Assembly (NCBI GenBank): GCA_036679565.1
Contig: JAZDDC010000124.1
Span: 1-35,766, forward strand
Length of the DNA stretch: 35,766 nucleotides
DNA from: Gemmatimonadota bacterium
GTDB taxonomy: Bacteria > Gemmatimonadota > Gemmatimonadetes > Gemmatimonadales > GWC2-71-9
Direction of reading: 5' to 3'
The notes beneath the pieces were generated by a model. The model did not search any database and was not told the origin of the DNA. It was given only the letters and a program-made list of their open reading frames with translations. Positions 1-9,785 of the stretch are shown here, one piece after another; position 1 is the first letter of the stretch; each line of letters starts with the position of its first letter. Both the position numbers and the translations under genes were made by a program.

Positions 1-104
1 TCGACCCCCCGGCGTCTCGCAACCTGCGCGAGCGCACTCATCCCTGCTCCGGCGATGCCCATGAAATGGACCGGCCGGGGATCCTTCGGGTCGAATAGCC
101 GCAT
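1..104 (-). CDS. murC: UDP-N-acetylmuramate--L-alanine ligase MurC, first 34 codons only (gene runs off the left edge)
   Basis: Not in the ORF track (too short). The reverse-strand ATG at 104 translates MRLFDPKDPRPVHFMGIAGAGMSALAQVARRRGV, which is the HFxGIxGxGMS N-terminal nucleotide-binding motif typical of MurC. Its position right after murG matches the canonical dcw order. Confidence 0.7.
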   Translation of the reverse strand, partial: MRLFDPKDPRPVHFMGIAGAGMSALAQVARRRGV

Positions 105-133
105 CGACCGTCAAAGTAAGGCTAAGTTGAGGT

Positions 134-1231
134 TTACGAAAGACTTTGGCCGTCTAAGAGGGCCGCCAACCGACCGGCAATATCTGCCGCGGCGTTCGGC
201 GTTGCCCCCGCACGAGCCGCTTTTTCCATCCTGGCTCGCACCGAAGCATCCTGGAGGATCCGGCCAACCTGACGGGCTAGCACGTCCGGAGTCAACTCGC
301 TTTCCGGTAGGTGCATCGCGGCCCCCGCCTCCTCAAGGGCGTTCGCATTCGCCGCCTGATGGCCTTCAGCCGATGTTGGAAGTGGTACGAGAATCGATGG
401 CAGACCCCACGCCCGAAGCTCGGCAATTGTCATCGCTCCCGCGCGCGCAACGACGAGTTGCACCGATTGATACGCGGACGCGATTGGATTCCAAAACGCA
501 CGTACCTGCCGAAGAGGGGGGTCGTGATGCCGACGATACTGTTCGTACGTGGTGTGGCCGGTGCTCCAGAGGAGGGCAACGTTTTCCAGCAGCCCGTCAT
601 CGAGGGCCGCGGATACGGCCTCGTTAATAGCGCGTGCGCCCTGACTCCCGCCCATGACGAGAAACGCGGGCGTGTCATCGGGGACTTTTGGCGTGGTTGC
701 GCCGACTGGTACGGCGGTGGGCGGCGCAATAGGATTGCCGGCGATGATGACCTTGCCGCGTTTTTTTGGGAGGTGATCGACAGCTTCTTCAAACGCACTG
801 TAAATCTCGGTTGCCCATCTGGCCAAGATCCGTGTTGTGAGCCCCGGATAGGCGTTTTGTTCCTGTAGGGCGATGGGTACACCGGCCCTAAACGCAGCGT
901 ACAACACCGGCCCGGCCGCGTACCCCCCGGTTCCCACAGCCAGCACCGGCTTTTCCTCGGCAACCAAACGACGACACGTAAGGGCGAGGCGGGGGCCCCG
1001 CACAACCCAACCGGCGTTGCGCCACCATTGTCGACGATACACCGGTCCCACGTCTAGCAAATGAAAACGGTAATGTGGTTCTCGTTCCGGGAGGATCGAT
1101 GCTTCAATGCCACGCTGTGCCCCAACCATTACGGGATCGACATCGGGGCGCAACGTACGAAGCGCATCGGCAAGCGCCAATGCCGGCATCAAGTGTCCAC
1201 CGGAGCCACCTCCGGCAAACAGTACCCTCAA
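134..1231 (-). CDS. murG: Undecaprenyldiphospho-muramoylpentapeptide beta-N-acetylglucosaminyltransferase MurG
   Basis: 365-aa ORF. The N-terminus MRVLFAGGGSGGHLMPALALADAL is the MurG G-loop. The C-terminal half has GGSQGA and ARAGAMTIAEL..PSILVP motifs. It lies between ftsW and murC, and its start overlaps the ftsW stop. Confidence 0.95.
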   Translation of the reverse strand: MRVLFAGGGSGGHLMPALALADALRTLRPDVDPVMVGAQRGIEASILPEREPHYRFHLLDVGPVYRRQWWRNAGWVVRGPRLALTCRRLVAEEKPVLAVGTGGYAAGPVLYAAFRAGVPIALQEQNAYPGLTTRILARWATEIYSAFEEAVDHLPKKRGKVIIAGNPIAPPTAVPVGATTPKVPDDTPAFLVMGGSQGARAINEAVSAALDDGLLENVALLWSTGHTTYEQYRRHHDPPLRQVRAFWNPIASAYQSVQLVVARAGAMTIAELRAWGLPSILVPLPTSAEGHQAANANALEEAGAAMHLPESELTPDVLARQVGRILQDASVRARMEKAARAGATPNAAADIAGRLAALLDGQSLS

Positions 1232-2376
1232 CGCTCGGATCGCTTGGGGATCGGAACCCTCCGTTGCATACCGATATTGATCAAAATACCGGTGGCGGCT
1301 AACGAGACGAGGAGGTTGGAACGTCCATAGGAAATGAACGGAAGTGGAAGACCTGTCGTTGGCACGAGATCAAGCGTCACCGCAATATGCAGCATGGCGG
1401 TCACCAGAATCATGGCAGTGATGCCTACTGCCAGCAGCGATCCGTATAGATCCGGGGCGGTTTTGGAAATCTCCAGGCCTGCCCAACCGAATATGCCAAG
1501 ACACAGGAGCAAGATTGAGACGCCAAGGAATCCGAGTTCTTCGCCGATGGTACTGAAAATGAAATCGGAATATGCGTACGGGAGGTATCCAAGTTTTTGC
1601 ATGCCGACCCCGAACCCCTGCCCAAACAACTGACCGGAACCGAGCCCAATGACCGACTGGTTGACCTGCCAACCCGACTCTGCAAGATCCTTACTCCGCG
1701 AGAAGAACTCGTAAAACCGGGTAAATTGGTACGACTCCGTCAGCTCCCAAAGCGAAACAAATGCTACAGCCATGACACCCAGGATCAAGAAGTGTCCGAG
1801 CTTGGCACCCGCGGCAAAGAGAATCACGCCGACAAGTACACAGTACAAAAACGCGGTGGAGAGATCCGGCTCCAGCAGTATAAGTAACGCGGTGGGTGCG
1901 ACGACCACGGCGAATGGAAGGATGCCACGCCGGAATTCCCCCAGCACTTCTTCGTCCCTCTTTTTGGTAGCGAGTTTTGCCGCCCACATTACGACCGCTA
2001 GCTTCGCGATTTCGGACGGTTGAAAGCTGATGTTTGCCAGCGCCAGCCAACGGGTGGCGCCGTTTCGTTGCAACGCAAAGTCGCTTGTTATGGGCATGAT
2101 GAGCATCAAAAGCATCACGGTCACAACGGCCATGATCCACCATGCCCAGCTCTGCCATATGTGATAATCCAACCGCGACACGACCATGACGACAACGGCG
2201 CCAACCAACGCGCCCATGAGTTGTTTAATGGCGAAGGTCGATCCAGGATCACCTTGCCGGACCGCAACGATACCCGATGCACCGTAAACGGCGGCGATGC
2301 CAAAGACGACGAGAATGGCCGTCACGACGATCAGTAGTCGTGTTTCGTAATGCGGATATATTCGCCCAGATGCCAT
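1228..2376 (-). CDS. ftsW: SEDS-family peptidoglycan glycosyltransferase / cell division protein FtsW
   Basis: Polytopic membrane protein with SEDS motifs (QPSEIAKLAVVMW, GLPLPFISYGRSNLL). I chose the ATG at 2376, 2 nt after the murD stop, rather than the ORF-track start at 2454, which would overlap murD by 76 nt. Confidence 0.9.
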   Translation of the reverse strand: MASGRIYPHYETRLLIVVTAILVVFGIAAVYGASGIVAVRQGDPGSTFAIKQLMGALVGAVVVMVVSRLDYHIWQSWAWWIMAVVTVMLLMLIMPITSDFALQRNGATRWLALANISFQPSEIAKLAVVMWAAKLATKKRDEEVLGEFRRGILPFAVVVAPTALLILLEPDLSTAFLYCVLVGVILFAAGAKLGHFLILGVMAVAFVSLWELTESYQFTRFYEFFSRSKDLAESGWQVNQSVIGLGSGQLFGQGFGVGMQKLGYLPYAYSDFIFSTIGEELGFLGVSILLLCLGIFGWAGLEISKTAPDLYGSLLAVGITAMILVTAMLHIAVTLDLVPTTGLPLPFISYGRSNLLVSLAATGILINIGMQRRVPIPKRSER

Positions 2377-2378
2377 AG

Positions 2379-3755
2379 TCACAGTTGCCGTGCGAGGGTG
2401 CGGAACGCCTTTCCTCGATGCATGTAATTCTCGTACTGATCGAAACTTGCGCAAGCGGGCGAAAGCAAAACGGTGTCACCCGCCAACGCAAGCCGCCCGG
2501 CGCGTGTCACTGCATCGTCCAGAGTGTCAACTTGTGCGACGGACACAGGCCGTAGCTGACGTGCAATGATCGGCGCGGCCTCGCCGTATGCCAACACGGC
2601 GCGAGCGCGCGAACCCAAGACATCGGCGAGCAATCCGAAATCTTCACCCTTGCCCCGCCCCCCAACGATGAGCACCACGTTTCCGGTGACGGCTTTCAAC
2701 GCAGCGGTTGCGGACGCCACATTGGTCGCCTTGGAATCGTTCACCCAGCGAACGTCATTGTGGATACACACCGTCTCCAAGCGGTGTGGCAACGCGATCA
2801 TCGTACGTAATCCATCCCCGATTTGCGATGTCGTCAGCCCCACACGTTTAGCAACGAGTATCGCCGCAAGTGCGTTTGCAACGTTGTGATCACCCAAGAG
2901 AGAGTAGGAAGCTCGATCAACGATTTCTTCGCCCATTGACACGAGGGCATTCCGAGGTCGGTCAAACCAGGCATCCGCATTCCTTTGGACGCTAAAACGT
3001 TCGACGATGCCGTTGACCCCGGCAATCATCTTTGCAACGCGATCATCATCGTCGTTGACAACCCAATACGACGAAGGTTTGGCATGCATGAACATGCGTT
3101 GCTTGTCGGCATAGTACTCGGCAGCCGATTCGTACCAGTCCATATGATCCGGAGCCAAGTTGGTGAGCACTCCAATGGAGGGGTTCAAACGCTGAGAATA
3201 GTGGAGTTGGAATGACGACAGTTCTACAACAAACCAGTCTATCGCGGAATTCTGCGCCGCTACGATCAAGGGTGTGCCAATGTTGCCTGCCGCTACGGAC
3301 GCAACACCCGAGTGCCGGAGAACATGATCGATCAATGCCGTTGTCGTTGTCTTCCCGTTGGTACCCGTGACCGCGACCATGTTACGGTCGGTGAGGGAGA
3401 GGCTAGCAAGATCGATCTCCGACCAGACCTCTTTTCCGGCCGCTAACGCTGTGCGTACGGGCGGGGTGTTGGGTGGGACACCGGGAGACACGACGACCGC
3501 TGTTGCGCGCCCGATCCTTTCGAGGTCATGTGTACCGCACTCGGTTGCCACACCCATGCCCTCGAGATCCTTGGCCGACGAGCGCACAGTGTCATTCGTA
3601 CCCAGATCCGAGGCGTAAACCGACAGACCCGCCGATGCGAGTGCTTTTCCAACGGCGACACCGGTGGTTCCGATCCCAATGACGGCGATCTCACCGGTTT
3701 GCCAGCTGGCCGGGATTACCGGATCTTGAGCGTTGCCAGCGCGACGAGCGCACAC
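2379..3755 (-). CDS. murD: UDP-N-acetylmuramoylalanine--D-glutamate ligase MurD
   Basis: N-terminal Rossmann motif IAVIGIGTTGVAVGKAL and Mur-ligase P-loop VTGTNGKTTT. The position is canonical. The only canonical start before the conserved N-terminus is the GTG at 3755, which overlaps the mraY 3' end by 40 nt, so the exact start is uncertain. Confidence 0.9.
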   Translation of the reverse strand: MCARRAGNAQDPVIPASWQTGEIAVIGIGTTGVAVGKALASAGLSVYASDLGTNDTVRSSAKDLEGMGVATECGTHDLERIGRATAVVVSPGVPPNTPPVRTALAAGKEVWSEIDLASLSLTDRNMVAVTGTNGKTTTTALIDHVLRHSGVASVAAGNIGTPLIVAAQNSAIDWFVVELSSFQLHYSQRLNPSIGVLTNLAPDHMDWYESAAEYYADKQRMFMHAKPSSYWVVNDDDDRVAKMIAGVNGIVERFSVQRNADAWFDRPRNALVSMGEEIVDRASYSLLGDHNVANALAAILVAKRVGLTTSQIGDGLRTMIALPHRLETVCIHNDVRWVNDSKATNVASATAALKAVTGNVVLIVGGRGKGEDFGLLADVLGSRARAVLAYGEAAPIIARQLRPVSVAQVDTLDDAVTRAGRLALAGDTVLLSPACASFDQYENYMHRGKAFRTLARQL

Positions 3756-4749
3756 AGGAGACCGAGGATGTAAAACCGGATGACGATCTTCGACTCAGTC
3801 CAACCGGAAAGTTCGAAGTGATGATGAAGCGGCGCCATGCGGAAAAAGCGATTCTGACGTGCGTACTCTATGCCATGCCGTCGTTTCCGCCACTTAAATA
3901 CACTCGTTTGGATGAGAACCGATATCGTCTCGGCGACAAACACACCGCCAATCAAAAGCAAGAGAAATTCTGACTTGAGGAGTATGGCCACGGTCCCAAG
4001 CGCGCCACCAATAGCCAAACTACCGGTATCGCCCATCATGATTTCTGCCGGGTGTGAATTGAACCAGAGAAATCCGATGGCTGCCCCCATTAAACTCGCA
4101 CAAAACACCGACAGCTCCCCTGCACCAGGGATGTAGTAGATCAGTAAGTACTCCGACGCGACGGTGTTACCGATCAGATACGCAAAGATGGCAAACGCGG
4201 CGGCCGCAATCACAGTCAAACCGGACGCAAGTCCATCAAGTCCGTCTGTAAGGTTTACCGAATTACTGGAAGCTGTCATGATGAACGTGACAAACATCAT
4301 GAACAAAATTGGTGGCAATGAGAAAGAAAAATATTTGAAGAAAGGAACCGTTGTCTCGTTAGGTGCCAAACTCCCGGTGTCGAGGGGTATGAACAGCAGA
4401 TAGGCCGCCAAGATCAGACCAAACGTTACCTGTCCAATGAGTTTGTAACGTGCGACCAAACCACGGGGCTTTTTTTGTACGACTTTCAAATAGTCGTCGA
4501 GAAACCCAGAAGAATGATCAGCCCACCCATCGTGGGCGTGCCCTGCTTCTCACGGTGCCCTTCCGGAGCGTCCTCTCTGATGACCTGACTGACCTTGCGC
4601 GCACGTAGCGTGCGAATGACCCACGGTCCGGTCACAAAAGAGAGAAGCATGGCGGTGACAGTGGCACCAGCCGCGCGAAAAGAGATGTACGTGAAGACGC
4701 CGAGCCCCGGGATTGCATCAGCAAACGGCGGAAGGAGGTGATAGAACAA
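3716..4749 (-). pseudogene. mraY: Phospho-N-acetylmuramoyl-pentapeptide transferase MraY, interrupted by an internal deletion plus frameshift and split into 87-aa and 257-aa ORFs
   Basis: The N-terminal ORF (4486..4749) ends ...GTPTMGGLIILLGFSTTI*. The C-terminal ORF (3716..4489) is in another frame, which when extended upstream reads ..HSSGFLDDYLKVVQKKPRGLVARYKL. In MraY proteins the TPTMGG motif and the GFxDDY motif are about 30 residues apart (E. coli has 31 residues, two short TM segments). Here they are adjacent at 4498..4510 and out of frame. The rest of the protein is intact (NLTDGLDGLA, MGDTGSLAIGG, APLHHHFE). Confidence 0.85.
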
Positions 4750-4755
4750 AGAGGC

Positions 4756-6090
4756 TCAGTTCGCTACGAGAATGGGAATGATGCGTTCGAGTCCAACACC
4801 ACGAGACGCTTTGAGCAACACAAGCTCGCCGCCTCCGAGGCGCCGGCGCAAGGCTCGGCCCAGGTCTTCAACGTGGTTGGCTGTTATGAGGCGGTTGGGC
4901 GGTTGGACATCTATGCTTCCAAGTACCTCGGCAAAGTCACCAATTGCGCCAATGATATGCGGTTCCATTTCCACGATCGTCACGGCCGCTTCGCGGTGTA
5001 GACTGTCGCTTTCCTCACCCAGCTCAAGCATGGACCCAACGACGATGACCAGTTTGCGACTGGCTCGCAGCGTCTGTGCAAGTTGCAATGCTGCGTGGAG
5101 CGAAGCTGGGTTTGCGTTGTACGTATCGTTCACGATAGTCAACGACCCGTGTTGCATGACTTCGCAACGACCGCCGGGCAAGGTGACTTTTGAAAATGCG
5201 TTCGCAAAGTTGCCATTGAGGTGCATGAGACGCGCGGCACCCAGCGCCAACAACGCATTGGAAATCTGGTGTTTACCCGCAACACTGAGTTGGACATCCT
5301 CTCCCATGTAGGTAAACCGCCCACACCCCTGCGAGTCCAACTCCCAATCCTCGGGCCTCACATCCGCTTGCGGTGACATCCCCGCAACGAGGACACATGG
5401 ACAGAGTTTACTTGCCCGACCGCGTAGTTCCGGCGGGTATTCTCCCACCACCGCATTGGAAAGGCCTCGTAGCAGCGTGGTCTTTTCGTCGAGCACCCCC
5501 GCGACAGAATCGAAACCATCGAGATGACCCGCAGCCACGTTGGTAATCACAGCCACCGTTGGCTCGATGATGTCACGCAGCAAACTGATTTCACCAAGTT
5601 CGTTTGCACCCGCCTCAACGACCAACGCCTCGGTGTCATCCGGAGCTTCCAGAATCGTGAGCGCAACCCCAACACGATTGTTGTTATTCAATCTTGTGCC
5701 GTGCGTTTTCCACCTCGTTCGCATCAATCCGAGCACCATCTCCTTTGTACTTGTCTTCCCATTGGTTCCGGTGATTGCGACGACAGGCCCATCCATCATG
5801 CGCCGGCGATATCTGGCCAACATCCCATATGCGGTGAGCGTGTCCTCGACTTCGAACAGCGTCAACCCCGCAACCGGCGTTTGACCCGATTGTACGACGG
5901 CACCCGTTGCACCGCCATCGCACGCCGCGTTGAGAAATGCATGTCCATCAAATCGTTGGCCGACCAACGCGACAAAAAGTGAATCTGGCATCAACGTTCT
6001 TGTGTCGGTCATGACACCGCTGAACGACTGCGTGGCCCCGGACGAAATCCCCAGCGCGGTGGCAACCGTTTCGGCCGTCCACAACGTCAT
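4756..6090 (-). CDS. murF: UDP-N-acetylmuramoyl-tripeptide--D-alanyl-D-alanine ligase MurF
   Basis: 444 aa with the Mur-ligase P-loop AITGTNGKTSTKEM. The ATG at 6090 immediately follows the murE stop (TAAATG). Canonical dcw position. Confidence 0.93.
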   Translation of the reverse strand: MTLWTAETVATALGISSGATQSFSGVMTDTRTLMPDSLFVALVGQRFDGHAFLNAACDGGATGAVVQSGQTPVAGLTLFEVEDTLTAYGMLARYRRRMMDGPVVAITGTNGKTSTKEMVLGLMRTRWKTHGTRLNNNNRVGVALTILEAPDDTEALVVEAGANELGEISLLRDIIEPTVAVITNVAAGHLDGFDSVAGVLDEKTTLLRGLSNAVVGEYPPELRGRASKLCPCVLVAGMSPQADVRPEDWELDSQGCGRFTYMGEDVQLSVAGKHQISNALLALGAARLMHLNGNFANAFSKVTLPGGRCEVMQHGSLTIVNDTYNANPASLHAALQLAQTLRASRKLVIVVGSMLELGEESDSLHREAAVTIVEMEPHIIGAIGDFAEVLGSIDVQPPNRLITANHVEDLGRALRRRLGGGELVLLKASRGVGLERIIPILVAN

Positions 6091-7572
6091 TTACGATTGC
6101 CGTTCCCGCATCGCGTCCGCGACGATTTCACATTCATCAAACGGAACCCGTTCAGTTCCTATCACTTGATAGGTCTCGTGACCCTTGCCAGCGAGCAACA
6201 AGCAATCGTGGGGTTGCATCATCCCAACGGATCGATGAATGGCCTCGCGACGATCGACAATGCGGAGATAGGCCTTTCCATCCATGCCCTCTTCCACGTC
6301 GTTGACGATCTTTTCGGGATCCTCCGTGCGGGGATTGTCCGATGTCACGACCGCAACGTCAGCACCCCGTACGGCAATGCGTCCCATCGGCGCACGCTTT
6401 CCGGCATCACGGTCACCCCCGCAACCAAACAAAACGATGAGGCGTCCTGTTGTGACCTCGCGTGCCGCACCAATGGCCCGTTCCAACGCATCGGGTGTAT
6501 GCGCGTAATCACGCAGCACAAGGAGCCCATTGGAACCAATCTGCTCCATCCGCCCGGGCACCTGTGGCACGTCAGCAAGTCGTGCTCGCAATATGTCAGG
6601 CGGCAGACCCAGCGCCAAAGCGGCTGAAGACGCGGCAACCGCGTTGCTCACGTTAAATGCCCCTAAAAGCGGCGAGCGAAGTTCGAGTGTCTTTTCATCA
6701 TCATTGGTGGCGGATAGCGTATAACGCAGATCGAGCAGGGCGCCGTCATGGGTTACCGTCTTGACGGTGGCCAACACGTCGGCGGAACCGCGTGTGCCGT
6801 ATCGCAATCGGTGCTGCCCGCTGGGCAAAGGGAGCGTACTCCACGCCACGTGGTCCACGTTCACTACTTGATACCCCGCTTCGGAGATGTGACCGGCCAG
6901 GCTCATCTTTGCCGCGAGGTAGGCCTCGAACGTGCCGTGATAATCGAGGTGATCTCGCGTGGCGTTGGTGAAAATGCCGGCGCTGAACGTTACGCCGTAA
7001 AGACGGTTTTGATCCAAAGCGTGGGATGAAACCTCCATCACCACCGTGCGGGTTCCGCGACGTCGTAACGTTGCCAACGTCTCGTGCAACGCCGCAGCAC
7101 CGGGTGTAGTCAATCTCTCCTCGTAAATCGCGATACCGGCACCATCGAACGCACCCAAGGTTCCCACCGCTGCCACATCGTCGTCCTGGTTCAGCAGGTG
7201 ACGGAGGATATTGACGGTCGTGGACTTACCATTCGTGCCGGTCACCCCAACCATCAATAAATCGTCCGCGGGACGACCGTGATATTCCGCCGCGGCTATC
7301 GCTGTTGCGATTCGGGCATCCGCCACGACGACTTCATCCGCCGCGTCTTGCGAATCAGTTACCAAAAACGCACGGGCACCCCGTTCACGCGCTTGCGCGA
7401 TGAATGCATGGCCGTCCGCCACTGTCCCCTTGATCGCACAGAACAACGAGCCAGCCACGACACCGTTCGTGTGATCAACGACACTGGAAAGTGATGTGGG
7501 AGGATTTTCGGGAGCTTTGAGAAGCTGACCCTCGCGCGCCAACGCGGCGAGAACCTGAGAGAATTTAACCAC
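6091..7572 (-). CDS. murE: UDP-N-acetylmuramoyl-L-alanyl-D-glutamate--2,6-diaminopimelate ligase MurE
   Basis: P-loop VGVTGTNGKSTT and DNPR motif (TSDNPRTEDP), which is characteristic of meso-DAP-adding MurE. I moved the start to the GTG at 7572 (VVKFSQVL..., 493 aa). The ORF-track start at 7737 would overlap ftsI by 173 nt and adds a Cys/Arg-rich non-homologous extension. Confidence 0.92.
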   Translation of the reverse strand: MVKFSQVLAALAREGQLLKAPENPPTSLSSVVDHTNGVVAGSLFCAIKGTVADGHAFIAQARERGARAFLVTDSQDAADEVVVADARIATAIAAAEYHGRPADDLLMVGVTGTNGKSTTVNILRHLLNQDDDVAAVGTLGAFDGAGIAIYEERLTTPGAAALHETLATLRRRGTRTVVMEVSSHALDQNRLYGVTFSAGIFTNATRDHLDYHGTFEAYLAAKMSLAGHISEAGYQVVNVDHVAWSTLPLPSGQHRLRYGTRGSADVLATVKTVTHDGALLDLRYTLSATNDDEKTLELRSPLLGAFNVSNAVAASSAALALGLPPDILRARLADVPQVPGRMEQIGSNGLLVLRDYAHTPDALERAIGAAREVTTGRLIVLFGCGGDRDAGKRAPMGRIAVRGADVAVVTSDNPRTEDPEKIVNDVEEGMDGKAYLRIVDRREAIHRSVGMMQPHDCLLLAGKGHETYQVIGTERVPFDECEIVADAMRERQS

Positions 7573-9496
7573 CGCCGCTTGTCGCGGTACACACCAACGT
7601 AACCGTGGAGCCCGATGGCAATGAAGTTCCCGCAGCAGGTTGTGTGACACAAGACCGGCCCCAACCCTCGACCTGGACTTGAAACTCGAGGTTGTGCAGC
7701 TTACGCGCCGCAAGACGAATTGGATCTCCACTGACATCGGGAATCTCTTTGTCGTACACGGGAACGTCCTCTTGTTCTCTTGGCAACCGCAGATGAAAAG
7801 GAGCGGTGCCGGGATCCACCACGCGCGGAGATTCTTCGATTGGATCCGACGACACTAACAGTGAAGCGCGGTCGAGCACCGGTGTTCGACCGGCCAACAG
7901 TTGTTCGAGCATCGAACGTGTCAGCGGAACCGCACTCACGGCGGAATAGGTGCCGGCCGGATCATCGAGTTTCACGACCATTACGAACTGCGGATCCGAT
8001 GCAGGAAACAGGGAAATGAACGTAGCGGTGTGCGAACCTGGCACATAACGACCATCTATCACACGTCTTGCCGTTCCGGTCTTCCCCGCCACCTCGTATG
8101 TCGCCAACGCCGCGGCCTCGCCAGTACCACCGTCGTAAACCACCGCGCGTAGCATCCCACGCAACTTGTCTGCGTGTGCCGCGGAGATCACCCGTCTCAC
8201 GGGTCGTGTTTCATGACGATAAATGACTTGCCCGGACGCTGAAACGACACGCTTGATAAGTGTTGGCTGTACCATGACGCCATCGTTGGCCAGCACGGCA
8301 TACGCCTGCGCCAGCTGTAGCATGGTGGTGGCTACCTCGTAGCCCATGGCAAGACTGGCGGAGCTTGTCATCGACCACCCGTCCGGGCGGCGCAAGATGC
8401 CCGGGGACTCCGCAGGGAACTCGATCCCGGTTGGCATTCCCAAACCGAAATCCCGGAGCATCGCAAATTGTTGCGGTCGTGTCAGCCTACTGGACAGTTT
8501 TGCGATTCCGATATTGCTAGAGCGACGAATAACATCGAACAAGGTCATCCAACCCTCGTTGTGATCGTCCGTTATGGTCCGATGTGGTGTCTTGTATTCG
8601 CCGTCCTCTCCCCAAACAGAATCGCTTTGTGCTACGAGACCCCTATCGAGCAACGCCGCAGCAGCAAAAATCTTGGCGGTAGACCCGGGCTCGAATGCTG
8701 ATGTGAACGAGCTGACGGTGGAACTCGACTCGCGTGAACGAGAGGCCACCGCCAAAATCTCCCCCGAACGGGGGTCCATGATAACAACGTTGCCCGAAAG
8801 CGCTTCGAGCTTTTCCATGGCGTCGCCCAACGAGCGCTCAACAAGATCTTGCAAGTCGATGTCGAGGGTAACATGTACGTTGTGGCCCGGGGTCGGGAAT
8901 GCATCCAACCGCCCAGGTGATTGATAGGTGCCACCGACGTGATCTCGAAGTACCACGGCACTGCCGGGTGTTCCCTGTAACAACGTGTCCATCACTCGTT
9001 CGATGCCGCTGGCCGCGATGCCGCTGCTCGCCGGCCGACCCAGAACCGCCGCCGCAAGACTACCGTGGGGATAGAAACGGTTCAAACTGGAGTTGACATA
9101 AACGCCACGTAGCGAGCGGATGTCATGTACACGGTTAGACGAATACGGACCGGCCAGATAGCCGAACTGTTTCCGCAGCTCCCGACTCAAACGGGCCGAG
9201 GAAATACCAAGCGCGGCCCGGATCTGTTTGGCGGTTTCGGCGGAGTCAACAAATTCACTGGGTGTCAGATCAATACTGTAACTCTCTTGCGACACAGCGA
9301 GCTGATTGCCCCAACGGTCGAGAATCGCACCCCGCGGCGCCGGGAGTTCCTCCCGCTCCGTCCGAACTGCCGCGGCCGTGGCTGCGTGTTTTGCGCCATC
9401 TAACAGCTGTACCTGGGCGGCGCGCAACAGCAGCACACAAAGCCCCAACACGGCGATGGCCCACACCGCACGTATGCGAAGATCAGGTTCTGCCAT
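7565..9496 (-). CDS. ftsI: Class B penicillin-binding protein / peptidoglycan D,D-transpeptidase FtsI with a C-terminal PASTA domain
   Basis: N-terminal TM helix and the transpeptidase triad SxxK (STAK), SxN (SSN) and KTG (KTGT). The C-terminal ~60 aa, IPDVSGDPIRLAARKLHNLEFQVQVEGWG..VTQPAAGTSLPSGSTVTLV, fit the PASTA consensus. Canonical dcw position. Confidence 0.9.
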   Translation of the reverse strand: MAEPDLRIRAVWAIAVLGLCVLLLRAAQVQLLDGAKHAATAAAVRTEREELPAPRGAILDRWGNQLAVSQESYSIDLTPSEFVDSAETAKQIRAALGISSARLSRELRKQFGYLAGPYSSNRVHDIRSLRGVYVNSSLNRFYPHGSLAAAVLGRPASSGIAASGIERVMDTLLQGTPGSAVVLRDHVGGTYQSPGRLDAFPTPGHNVHVTLDIDLQDLVERSLGDAMEKLEALSGNVVIMDPRSGEILAVASRSRESSSTVSSFTSAFEPGSTAKIFAAAALLDRGLVAQSDSVWGEDGEYKTPHRTITDDHNEGWMTLFDVIRRSSNIGIAKLSSRLTRPQQFAMLRDFGLGMPTGIEFPAESPGILRRPDGWSMTSSASLAMGYEVATTMLQLAQAYAVLANDGVMVQPTLIKRVVSASGQVIYRHETRPVRRVISAAHADKLRGMLRAVVYDGGTGEAAALATYEVAGKTGTARRVIDGRYVPGSHTATFISLFPASDPQFVMVVKLDDPAGTYSAVSAVPLTRSMLEQLLAGRTPVLDRASLLVSSDPIEESPRVVDPGTAPFHLRLPREQEDVPVYDKEIPDVSGDPIRLAARKLHNLEFQVQVEGWGRSCVTQPAAGTSLPSGSTVTLVCTATSGGG

Positions 9497-9785
9497 CAGT
9501 CAGCGCACTTTCTGAGTCCACCACAATATTGACGACTTCCGTATCCGCCGGTAGGCGCAGACCGAGCGACTCGGCACGCGGGATCAAACGTTCTCGGCTG
9601 CTGCTCCGACTGATCCGTCGCAAAAGATCATTTCGTGTTGATTGGAGCACACGACGTTCTTCCTGCAATGTGCGTAGTTCGGTTGCAGCAACCACAGAAG
9701 AAGTTTGACGCGCCGCCACAATCACCAACACACCAAAGAAAAACACAAGCCACACACTGACCCAAAACCGACCGCGGACCTTCAT
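9483..9785 (-). CDS. ftsL: Cell division protein FtsL-like (small bitopic coiled-coil protein)
   Basis: 100 aa with a single N-terminal TM (FWVSVWLVFFFGVLVIVAA) followed by a heptad-like region (LRTLQEERRVLQSTRNDLLRRI). It lies between rsmH and ftsI. Its start overlaps the rsmH stop by 4 nt and its stop overlaps the ftsI start by 14 nt. Confidence 0.7.
   Translation of the reverse strand: MKVRGRFWVSVWLVFFFGVLVIVAARQTSSVVAATELRTLQEERRVLQSTRNDLLRRISRSSSRERLIPRAESLGLRLPADTEVVNIVVDSESALTDGRT

Noticed and set aside
55-627. 190-aa plus-strand ORF at the left end
   Set aside because: It is antisense to murG and the murC start. The product is Pro/Arg-rich and low-complexity.
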